A stretch of 64,000 nucleotides of DNA from Gemmatimonadaceae bacterium (GTDB taxonomy: Bacteria > Gemmatimonadota > Gemmatimonadetes > Gemmatimonadales > Gemmatimonadaceae), in contig JANMKU010000431.1 of assembly GCA_031372205.1 (NCBI GenBank), forward strand, positions 4,185-68,184. Reading direction: 5' to 3'. A model generated the notes under the pieces. It ran no database searches. It saw only the letters and a program-made list of their open reading frames with translations, and was not told the origin of the DNA. Position numbers and translations under genes: made by a program. This document shows positions 36,939 through 45,005 of the stretch, one piece after another; within the stretch, counting starts at the first letter, position 1, and each line of letters starts with the position of its first letter.

Positions 36939-37855
36939 ACCGCCACCTCCACCAACCCACGCGGCGGCCCTGACAGCGCCAGATACAATTCTTTGAGCGA
37001 CGCCTCGCGCACCTCGCGTCGCGTCACACCGCGCAGGTCGACGACGGACTCGCGTTCATCGCTGCCCTGTTCCATCAACACGCTGAGCCGCAGCCCTGCA
37101 CGTTCCACCGACAGCCAACTCGCTGGCAATTGTGTCGGCAACCGTAGCCCCGGCTCCGTCACCAACTCCACGCGCTTGTATCGTGCGCGCAAGGCATCGA
37201 GCGACTCCGACATACGCATCCGCCCGTGATCGAGAATCCCAACCCAGTCGGCGAGCGCTTCGATCTCAGCGATGTCGTGCGAACAGAGCAGCACCGTTGT
37301 GCCCTCAGCACTCGCCGCGTCAAGCAACCCACGCACGAGTTCATCCTTGACCGCCACATCCATTCCCGTAAACGGTTCATCCATGATGATGAGCGTGGGC
37401 CTCGACGCCAATGCGCACAACAACGCGACCTTCATGCGTTGGCCACGTGACATGGTGCCAATCACTTGTCGCGAGTCCAGATCGAATTGCGTGCGCAGCG
37501 TGCGCGCGAGTGCGGCATCCCACGTGGGGTAGAGCGGCGCACAGAATGCCTCCATCTGCTCGAGCCGCATCCATCGCGGCAGTTCCTGTCCCTCGGCGAC
37601 ATAGGACACGCGCTGTCGTTGCGCCATCGTCAGGCTGCGCACGGGCGTGCCAAACAACTGCGCGCTGCCGTGCTGCAGTGGCCGTGCACTCGCCAGCAGT
37701 TGGAACAAGGTGGTCTTGCCGGCACCATTCGCGCCAAGCATCGCATAAAACGCACCCTGTGGTACCTCGAACGCGATGTCGTCCAACACCACCTTCTTGC
37801 CGAATCGATACGACAGTTCGCGAACGGCGATCATGGGCGGTGTAGAAGGACTCAT
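36935..37855 (-). CDS. ABC transporter ATP-binding protein
   Basis: Walker A 'GANGAGKTT', signature 'MSRGQRMKV' and Walker B 'LIIMDEP'. The ATG at 37855 shares an ATGA overlap with the GntR stop. Confidence 0.9.
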   Translation of the reverse strand: MSPSTPPMIAVRELSYRFGKKVVLDDIAFEVPQGAFYAMLGANGAGKTTLFQLLASARPLQHGSAQLFGTPVRSLTMAQRQRVSYVAEGQELPRWMRLEQMEAFCAPLYPTWDAALARTLRTQFDLDSRQVIGTMSRGQRMKVALLCALASRPTLIIMDEPFTGMDVAVKDELVRGLLDAASAEGTTVLLCSHDIAEIEALADWVGILDHGRMRMSESLDALRARYKRVELVTEPGLRLPTQLPASWLSVERAGLRLSVLMEQGSDERESVVDLRGVTRREVREASLKELYLALSGPPRGLVEVAV

Positions 37856-38286
37856 GCGTTGCGACCGGTAAGGACCGACGATGCGGCCGATTTCACCACG
37901 GATTGCGGCGCCGACAGTTCGGCCCACCGCGCAGAAAATGCATTGAGCACGTCTACCTCTTTCAGTCCGAGCCGCATGGCTTCCACCACGAGTTGCTCCA
38001 CTTCCCGCGAGAGGAGTTCGCGACGCTCGGCCGCTGACGATTTGCGTCCCACCGAAACGATCGTGCCGAGTCCTGGCATGACTTCCAACAGGCCGTTGCG
38101 CACCAGTTCGGCGACCACCTTGTGGGCGGTGTTGGGATTGATCTTGAGCGCCTGGCTGAGCTCACGCACCGACGGGAAGGCGCTTCCCTCTGGCATGTCG
38201 CCCGACACCACGGCCTTCGTGGCGGCATACACGATCTGGCGATAGGGTGACTCGCCTGTGGTGAGCGCAATGTGGAAGGGGAGCAT
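37852..38286 (-). CDS. GntR family (YtrA-like) transcriptional regulator
   Basis: wHTH 'PSVRELSQALKINPNTAHKVVAELVRNGLLEVMPGLGTIV'. The short effector region is typical of the YtrA subfamily that heads ABC operons. Confidence 0.85.
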   Translation of the reverse strand: MLPFHIALTTGESPYRQIVYAATKAVVSGDMPEGSAFPSVRELSQALKINPNTAHKVVAELVRNGLLEVMPGLGTIVSVGRKSSAAERRELLSREVEQLVVEAMRLGLKEVDVLNAFSARWAELSAPQSVVKSAASSVLTGRNA

Positions 38287-38290
38287 GTGG

Positions 38291-38311
38291 TGTACTATGT
38301 GCCCTAGTACA
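38291..38311. promoter_or_regulatory. perfect 7-bp inverted repeat, candidate GntR/YtrA operator
   Basis: TGTACTA-tgtgccc-TAGTACA lies 5-25 nt upstream of the GntR ATG, in the region divergent from the ECF sigma gene. Confidence 0.5.
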
Positions 38312-38438
38312 GCTAGATGTCAAGGCGTCAGTTCAGTGGCTGCCCAGCAACAGACGATTCGCCGCGTCGGCCCTGGGTCTATGTGTGGTGGCGTCTGGAT
38401 GTAAGGTTTGGTATGCGTCCGGCATTGAAGAGACATCC

Positions 38439-39010
38439 ATGACCATTCCGCGTGCCAATCCAGTGTCTCATGCCCGGCCTGCGCCCCTCGACGTTGCACC
38501 GCGGATAGACCTCGCTGCGCTACGGCGTGGCGACCCGGATGCAATTGCGGTTTGCTACCGCGCGCACGCGCCTCGGCTGATCGCACTCGCGTATCGGCTC
38601 ACTGCATCAACGCAGGATGCGGAAGACATTGTGCACGACGTGTTTGTCGGCCTGCCGGAGGCGCTCGCGCGGTGCGAGGAGCGCGGCGCGTCGCCGGCTG
38701 GCTCGCGCGTGTGACAACTCGCGTGGCGCTCGTGCATCGTCGACGCGAGCGACGACGGCGAATGGTGCAGATCGATGGCATCACCGTGGCCGCACCGAAC
38801 ATTGACAAGGATCCACTCGCCCAGGACCGCGCGATGCGTGCACTCAGTCAACTCACACCGGCGCTTCGTCACGTGTTTGTGTTGCGCGTGGTCGAGGAGT
38901 ACTCGCATGCGGAAGTGGCGGCACTCCTTGGGATCACCGTGAACAATTCAGAGGTCCGACTCCACCGCGCGATACGGCAGTTACGCGCAATCCTTGGGAG
39001 CATCGCATGA
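38439..39010 (+). pseudogene. ECF sigma factor interrupted by an apparent -1 frameshift near 38682-38692
   Basis: Region 2 ('DAEDIVHDVFVGLPEALARCEERGA') is in the frame of ORF 38385..38714. Its continuation ('VAGWLARVTTRVALVHRRR') and region 4 ('LTPALRHVFVLRVVEEYSHAEVAALLGITVNNSEVRLHRA') are in the frame of ORF 38552..39010. Confidence 0.6.
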
Positions 39011-40308
39011 CGTCGTTCCGCCACACTTCCCGCGATCCACATGTTGGGTCAAGCGACGACACTCTCGATACGTTCGTTGCGGCGATCCGCTCGACTGCAG
39101 TCCCGACGGCCGATGAAGCACTCCTCATACGCGTGCTGGAGCGCCGAGCCAGTGGGGTGCGTATTGTGCTGCCTTACGCTGTGCCAACCACCTCAGCCAC
39201 GTGGAATGCGCGTCGGGTTGGCGGTCTTGCTGCGGCCGCGACGCTGATGATCGCCGCGATGGCTTGGTGGACAGTGCAACGGCAGCATCAGGCACCTGGA
39301 GCGACGTCCACGGTCTCCCCGCGCACCGGAATAGCTGCGACGAATCCGGATTCGCTTGCGACAAGTACGTCGCCCGCCGCAACACTCGGGCGATTGTTCG
39401 CACCGTGGCCGCAGATCGCGTACGCGCAGTCGCCGGGCGTCAAGCGTGAGCCAGCGTATGCGCCGGTCGTGATCCCGAATACGTCACGGCTAGTGGCGGC
39501 GCGGCGTACATATGTGCGCAGTCTCGCGAGCGACTATCACACGATGTTGCCGGGCCTCGTATTCGAGGTGGAGACTTCGCGGTCCGTCCGAAAGGGCGTG
39601 CCCGTCTGGGTTGTCGTGACTCGTAGTCCGAGTGGTGCGGCCGTTCCCGAGCCCGCAGCAGGCGACACTCGTGGTTATGACACGCTATGGCTGCGAGCGG
39701 ACAACCTGAGACCAATTGAACGACGAAATCACATGGGAACGGCCATTGCATTCATGCAGTTGGTCACGGCCACAGAGGTACACGATTGGTTCGACGTCGA
39801 TCCGGTAATGCGGCCACGTGTACTGAAGAGGCTGGCGACCACGCCAATCCCCCGCGCTCGAGGCCCTTTGCCCGCCAAGATGAGTCCCGCGCGGCGTGAC
39901 TCAATGCTTCACGGAAGGCGGTCTTCTCCGTACGACTCGGCCCGCATCCTCATTAACACCGAGGCGGCCATGCATCTCCTGCTTCGAGCGATTCCGTTGT
40001 CCACCGGTTGGAAGGGGAGTGTCGCTGTGCAGGATGGCGCATATGCACCGTTAACTATCGGCGCCAAACAGTATCTTAACCTCAGCGTGGTCGGCGTAGA
40101 CACGGTGCAGACTGTCGGCGGTCGCTTTCCGTGCTGGCGCGTGCTCCTCGACCTCGGTAAGAATCCAGGCATCTGGCACGTCAGTCAGCAAACCGGTGAG
40201 ACGTTGCTCGCCGAAGGTCCGTGGGGTGAGAGCTACGCCAGGTCAGAGACGCGATTGATTGCGGGCGGCGAAGAAACCCGTCCGGCGCCGCGGCTCAAGG
40301 TCCGCTGA
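39007..40308 (+). CDS. single-pass membrane protein coupled to the ECF sigma gene (putative atypical anti-sigma factor)
   Basis: ATGA overlap with the sigma stop. It has a ~70-aa cytoplasmic N-terminus, a TM helix 'VGGLAAAATLMIAAMAWWTV' and a ~340-aa outer domain. No zf-HC2 motif was seen. Confidence 0.55.
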   Translation: MTSFRHTSRDPHVGSSDDTLDTFVAAIRSTAVPTADEALLIRVLERRASGVRIVLPYAVPTTSATWNARRVGGLAAAATLMIAAMAWWTVQRQHQAPGATSTVSPRTGIAATNPDSLATSTSPAATLGRLFAPWPQIAYAQSPGVKREPAYAPVVIPNTSRLVAARRTYVRSLASDYHTMLPGLVFEVETSRSVRKGVPVWVVVTRSPSGAAVPEPAAGDTRGYDTLWLRADNLRPIERRNHMGTAIAFMQLVTATEVHDWFDVDPVMRPRVLKRLATTPIPRARGPLPAKMSPARRDSMLHGRRSSPYDSARILINTEAAMHLLLRAIPLSTGWKGSVAVQDGAYAPLTIGAKQYLNLSVVGVDTVQTVGGRFPCWRVLLDLGKNPGIWHVSQQTGETLLAEGPWGESYARSETRLIAGGEETRPAPRLKVR

Positions 40309-40337
40309 CATCCAACATAGCGTTATGCAGATCCGCA

Positions 40338-40355
40338 CTATGCAACTGTGCATAG
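40338..40355. terminator. weak hairpin between convergent genes (possible bidirectional terminator)
   Basis: CTATGCA-actg-TGCATAG is followed by TTTCG. The stem is A/T-rich and only 7 bp. Confidence 0.25.
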
Positions 40356-40425
40356 TTTCGCACGCCAGCATTTCACGTACGGACGAGCAATCAGTTTGCG
40401 AGCCCAGCGCAACGAGTCCAGTCGA

Positions 40426-40797
40426 CTACGCGCGAATCACGCGGACACCGTACCGCTCAATCACCGGGTCGCGCGTCACTAGCGTCAATCGCTCGGCGTG
40501 CGCCTGTACCACCAGCAACCGGTCAAACGGATCGCGAAGATGCGGCGGCAGCGCGGCGACGGCCTCGGCGTGCCGAAACATCACGGGCAACTCCGTGAAG
40601 CCTGATGCCTTCGCGGCCATCGACACGGAGCGACTCGTCACGACCTTGCCGAGCGCGCGCTTGATCGATACCTCCCACGCCGACACCACGCTCACAAACA
40701 CTGCATCGGCCTCGCGAATAGCCAACGTGGCGTCGCGTGACAAACGTGCGCCACTGTCCCACCAGATGAGCACATGCGTGTCGAGGAGCAGTCTCAC
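40426..40797 (-). CDS. vapC: type II toxin VapC (PIN-domain ribonuclease)
   Basis: 'LLLDTHVLIW', 'SAWEVSIK' and 'DPFDRLLVVQA' carry the PIN acidic residues. The GTG start shares a GTGA overlap with the upstream antitoxin stop. Confidence 0.85.
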   Translation of the reverse strand: MRLLLDTHVLIWWDSGARLSRDATLAIREADAVFVSVVSAWEVSIKRALGKVVTSRSVSMAAKASGFTELPVMFRHAEAVAALPPHLRDPFDRLLVVQAHAERLTLVTRDPVIERYGVRVIRA

Positions 40798-40949
40798 GAT
40801 TCTCCTTCGAACTTCGCGAGCACCGTGTCGGGCAGCGGCGCGTCACAGTCGCGCGCGACTCTCCATTTGCCGCGCCCTTGCCCAGCAACGCGCTGACTCT
40901 TGTCATCGGGCGCTGGCACGAGCATCGCCAACGGACGACCGGACTTCAT
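40794..40949 (-). CDS. Phd/YefM-type antitoxin, N-terminally truncated remnant (about 51 aa)
   Basis: Hand translation gives 'MKSGRPLAMLVPAPDDKSQRVAGQGRGKWRVARDCDAPLPDTVLAKFEGES'. This matches the beta-strand plus C-terminal toxin-binding part of Phd-type VapB. The frame is closed only 8 codons upstream, by the TGA of the peptidase gene. Confidence 0.55.
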   Translation of the reverse strand: MKSGRPLAMLVPAPDDKSQRVAGQGRGKWRVARDCDAPLPDTVLAKFEGES

Positions 40950-40973
40950 GATCACAATCTCATCACCGCAGAC

Positions 40974-42593
40974 TCACCACTTACGACATCTCGCGTCCGG
41001 AACCGACGCGACACGTTCCCATCGATAACCGTCCACCTCGGGAACCGGTGGACCGGCAGGCTGTGTACGGGGATCCGCTGATCCCACATAGCGATCAGGC
41101 AACTTGGTAGCCCGCAGCGCGAAACACGGTCCAAACGCATTCGCTGCGGGCACCATCGTCTTGCCTCGGACGATGACCGAGTCGAACATCGCTCTGGCCG
41201 CCGGTCCGGCCGCCTTCGCCAGCGAATCGACCAGTTCGTCCGGCGTAAACCATCCGGGTTGTCCCCCTTCTCTCGCCTGATTGCCCAAGCCTCCCTCACC
41301 GCCCTGCGTACGCGCGCGCGTGATGAGCGGGAGCATGACGTTGTCGAGATTGCGGCGGCCCTTGCTCGTTTTGCGAATCCGCGCATCCATGTCCGCCCAA
41401 AACAAGAGGCCACGCTCGTACGACGCCGTGTACGCCCTGCCGTCCGTAAGCGGACTCGTTTTGGCGATTGAATCCGCTGGCATGTTCTTCCGCGGATTGG
41501 TGTAGTAGTTGCGCGTCTGCATGTTGATCTGCTGCAGGACAAGATCAATTGGTGCGAGACCGGAACGCAGCGCGAGCATCACGGCGTAGTATTCGTTCAA
41601 TCCTTCAGTAAACCAGTTGTTGGACGGACCACCACCGCCCGGATTCTGCAGTCCATGAATGAACAGGTGTCCGGTTTCGTGCGCCAACAACAGCAGCGGA
41701 CCTGTTTCGGTTGTGTCACGCGGGCCGGCCGGTGCGTTGAAGATGAAATGATTCGGGAGCGCGGTCCCACCAATTGCTGGCGGCGGCAGCATCCTCCCCA
41801 TCACCCGATAGCGTCGTGCTGTCGTCTCGTGGTGAAATGCGCGCATATACTCGTACATCGATGCCACCCACTCCATCGCCTTTGGCGCATCCCACGGCGG
41901 CGTGCCGTGCCAGTACGCGGCAAACCCATCGCGATCTCCGGTCGCCGGATAGCGGTTGAGCGGCCCCGCCATGAAGAAGTTCATCGACAGCGTCGAGAGG
42001 GGACCGCGCACATCGTTGTCGTCTGTCAGCCCAGACGTTGTGATCGACCCGGCCGCAAGGTCGCTCAAGTCCCACCGAAAACGCGCGGCGTAATCGACGC
42101 CATCCATGGGTGTGACAAGAATCCCGCTCCCCTGTCCACTCACCGCGCCCTCGGCGGCGCGCAACATGTACGACGGATTGGTGCGCGTGCCAGGTGGCCA
42201 CATGCGCGCCTTGAATGTGATGGTCACGGGAAACGTGACAGGCCGCTGGGCGCGCCAACGCCGACTCCCACCACTATCGCTAAGCACGGGGACGGGCCCC
42301 TGCACATCAACCATCTCCACGGTTTCCATACCGGCCGCCGCCGGAGGACCTGGAGGGCCACCCGGCACTTGCACCACAAAGGCGGGGTTGGTGACACCAG
42401 CGCTCCGGACGATCTGCTCGCGAATTTCGGCGTACTGCACGTCGGGCGCACCGTTGCGCACCGGACGCACGACAATGTCGATCGACGCCGCAGGGTCAAC
42501 AACGACTGGCGGGCCTCCCCCGCGCTGCGCCGCAGCAGGTGAAGCGATGAGGGCGCCACACAAAATTCCCTGCACTAACGAAGAAGTTCGCAT
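40974..42593 (-). CDS. secreted gluzincin metallopeptidase (M1/M61-like), copy A
   Basis: Signal 'LVQGILCGALIASPAAAQ'. 'LLLAHETGHLFIHGL...NNWFTEGLNEYYA' is HExxH plus a downstream Glu, as in M1/M61 peptidases. SD GGAG lies upstream of ATG 42593. Confidence 0.8.
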   Translation of the reverse strand: MRTSSLVQGILCGALIASPAAAQRGGGPPVVVDPAASIDIVVRPVRNGAPDVQYAEIREQIVRSAGVTNPAFVVQVPGGPPGPPAAAGMETVEMVDVQGPVPVLSDSGGSRRWRAQRPVTFPVTITFKARMWPPGTRTNPSYMLRAAEGAVSGQGSGILVTPMDGVDYAARFRWDLSDLAAGSITTSGLTDDNDVRGPLSTLSMNFFMAGPLNRYPATGDRDGFAAYWHGTPPWDAPKAMEWVASMYEYMRAFHHETTARRYRVMGRMLPPPAIGGTALPNHFIFNAPAGPRDTTETGPLLLLAHETGHLFIHGLQNPGGGGPSNNWFTEGLNEYYAVMLALRSGLAPIDLVLQQINMQTRNYYTNPRKNMPADSIAKTSPLTDGRAYTASYERGLLFWADMDARIRKTSKGRRNLDNVMLPLITRARTQGGEGGLGNQAREGGQPGWFTPDELVDSLAKAAGPAARAMFDSVIVRGKTMVPAANAFGPCFALRATKLPDRYVGSADPRTQPAGPPVPEVDGYRWERVASVPDARCRKW

Positions 42594-42746
42594 CTCGATG
42601 ACTCCGCGTCGTCATACACTTGTGAGCCCAGAACCAGGCGAACTTACTGATCGCGACACGATTGAGCCAACGTGCGCTTGTGTGACATGGTCCACCGCGA
42701 GAACTTCTGTGGGGACGAACGCAGACTCAATTCGTGGAGGCTCCCG

Positions 42747-43976
42747 ATGCCGATCGATCGCCGCACATTCGTTGCCTCGGCGACGTCCTTCGCCGCCGCC
42801 GCGGTCGTTGCCCCAGCACGCGCATTTGCGGACGCACCCAAACGACTGTCCCTCGTTGACGACCCGCTCGGTGTGCGCGCGGATTTCCCGATCCTGGACA
42901 ATGGGCGCACGTTCCTCAATTCGGCCTACATAACGCCGAGCCCATTGGCAGTCACCGCGGCCGGTGCTGCGTTTTTCCAATCCAAGTCGACGCGACCCCT
43001 GTCCGTGGGCGAACTACTCAGCAAAACGGGCGAGGTGTGCACGCAGTTTGCCAAGCTCATTCATGCCGCCCCTGAGGAAGTCGGGTTTGTGTTTGCGACG
43101 AGCGAGGGTGAAAACACCGTCGCCAACAACGTGCCGCTCGCACCCGGCGACAACGTTGTCGTCGACGATCTGCATTATGACGGCGCCCTGGTCGTGTACC
43201 GGCAGTTGGAGAAGCGTCGAGGCGTGCAGCTGCGCATCGTGAAGCATCGAAACGGGGAGGTCACTCCCGCCGACTTCGCGAAACAGGTAGACGCTCGCAC
43301 GCGACTGATCGCCGTGTCGTACGTCTCCTCGGTGAACGGCTTGCGGCACAACGTGCGCGCACTGGCCGATCTCGCCCACGCGCATGGAGCGCTGCTGCAT
43401 GTCGACGCGATTCAGGCCGTCGGCATGTTCCCCATCGATGTGCACACCGACGACGTGGACTTCCTGTGCGCCGGGACATACAAATGGCTGCTCGGCGGAT
43501 TCGGTGTCGCACCGTTCTACATCAAGCAGTCACTGCTTGATCGCGTGCCCATGGACCGCTTTGGCATTTTCCAGGTCACGGCCAACCTGCCCGACAACCA
43601 CTTCGAGCTCAAGAAGACCGCGCGACGCTACAACTACGCCTCGCTCCCGTTCGCCGAAGTCCACCAGCTGGGCGCTGCGTTGACGTATCTCGAAAAAGTC
43701 GGTGTCGATCGCATTGCGGAACACACGTTGGGCTTGACCCGACGGCTTGAAACTGGACTGCTCGGCCAGGGATACACGCTCTTCACACCCGCCGGCAATC
43801 GGTCGTCCGTGTTGTGTTTCCATACCAAGAGACCGGCGGCCGAAATCAATAGCGCGCTCAGTGCGGCGATGGTGGATGTGAGCGTCCGTGAGGACCACAT
43901 TCGTGCCTCGATTGCATTGTTCAATAACGCGGATGACGTCGATCGCCTGCTAGCGGTCACCAAGCGCCTTGCATAA
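42747..43976 (+). CDS. class V aminotransferase-fold PLP enzyme with twin-arginine (Tat) signal
   Basis: 'MPIDRRTFVASATSFAAAAVVAPARAFA' is a Tat signal. 'HVDAIQAVG' and 'AGTYKWLLG' (PLP lysine) match the class V fold. SD GGAGG lies upstream of ATG 42747. Confidence 0.85.
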   Translation: MPIDRRTFVASATSFAAAAVVAPARAFADAPKRLSLVDDPLGVRADFPILDNGRTFLNSAYITPSPLAVTAAGAAFFQSKSTRPLSVGELLSKTGEVCTQFAKLIHAAPEEVGFVFATSEGENTVANNVPLAPGDNVVVDDLHYDGALVVYRQLEKRRGVQLRIVKHRNGEVTPADFAKQVDARTRLIAVSYVSSVNGLRHNVRALADLAHAHGALLHVDAIQAVGMFPIDVHTDDVDFLCAGTYKWLLGGFGVAPFYIKQSLLDRVPMDRFGIFQVTANLPDNHFELKKTARRYNYASLPFAEVHQLGAALTYLEKVGVDRIAEHTLGLTRRLETGLLGQGYTLFTPAGNRSSVLCFHTKRPAAEINSALSAAMVDVSVREDHIRASIALFNNADDVDRLLAVTKRLA

Positions 43977-43997
43977 CGATGCAGCGCTCATGATCAC

Positions 43998-44987
43998 ATG
44001 ACGACCGCGGTGGACGTGCTCCGCACGAATCTCGTGTGGGACAATCACGTGTGCATGCCGCTCAAACCGCATGACCAGACGTTTCTTCCGGAGCTGGCGC
44101 GCTGGAAACGCGTTGGAGCGGATGTGGTGTTTCTCAACGTCGGTTTCGGCGACTCTGGGATTGAGGAGCACATTCGCACCATCGCCAACTTCCGACACTG
44201 GTTGCAGCTGCATTCCGATCAGTACGTCCTCATCAACGCCGTCGAGGACATCGACCGGGCGCGCACCACCGGTCGGATGGCGATTGGCTTTGATATCGAG
44301 GGCGCAAACGCGATCGCCGACCAGATGAGCCTGATCCAGCTGTACTACGATCTTGGCGTTCGCTGGATGTTGATCGCATACAACAGGAACAACCGCGTGG
44401 GCGGCGGTTGTCAGGACGACGACAATGGTCTCACCGCGTTCGGACGAGACGTGATTGACGAGATGGCGCGCGTTGGGATGATCGTGTGCTGTTCACACAC
44501 CGGGTTCAAGACGACGATGGACGTGATGGAGTATTCGTCCAAGCCCGTTATCCTATCGCACTCGAACCCACGCGCCGTTCATGAACATCCACGCAACGTC
44601 ACCGATGCTGCGATGCGTGCCTGTGCCAACACAGGCGGCGTGGTTGGACTGAACGGGATCGGCATCTTCCTCGGCAACAACGACAACTCGACTGACACGT
44701 TCGTCCGCCATGTCGACTACGTCGTCGAGCTCCTCGGCCCGGCGCACGTTGCGTTGGGCATCGACTATGCGGTCGATCAACACGAGGTCGAGGACAACAT
44801 CGCCAAAATGCGAGCGACGTTTCCGGCCGGGCTTGGGTATGAGGAAGGCGTCCGGATCATCCCACCAGAACAGCTTCCCGATATTGTCGAGCGCTTGCTG
44901 CAGCTGGGCTACACGGAGGAGAATCTGCGTGGGCTGCTTGGCGCGAATTTGCTTCGCGTCGCCAAGGCCGTTTGGAAGTCAGCGTGA
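43998..44987 (+). CDS. membrane-dipeptidase family (M19) dipeptidase, no signal peptide seen
   Basis: 'WDNHVCMP', 'LIAYNRNNRVGGG', 'GMIVCCSHTG' and 'PVILSHSNPRAVHEHPRNV' match the renal-dipeptidase family. Confidence 0.88.
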   Translation: MTTAVDVLRTNLVWDNHVCMPLKPHDQTFLPELARWKRVGADVVFLNVGFGDSGIEEHIRTIANFRHWLQLHSDQYVLINAVEDIDRARTTGRMAIGFDIEGANAIADQMSLIQLYYDLGVRWMLIAYNRNNRVGGGCQDDDNGLTAFGRDVIDEMARVGMIVCCSHTGFKTTMDVMEYSSKPVILSHSNPRAVHEHPRNVTDAAMRACANTGGVVGLNGIGIFLGNNDNSTDTFVRHVDYVVELLGPAHVALGIDYAVDQHEVEDNIAKMRATFPAGLGYEEGVRIIPPEQLPDIVERLLQLGYTEENLRGLLGANLLRVAKAVWKSA

Positions 44988-45005
44988 ACTAGCGCGAATG
45001 ACAAT

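Noticed and set aside
40952-41548. 198-aa minus-strand ORF overlapping the 3' part of peptidase copy A
   Set aside because: It is in a different frame within a gene supported by an HExxH motif and a full-length paralogue. Its translation is Arg/Ser/Thr-rich.
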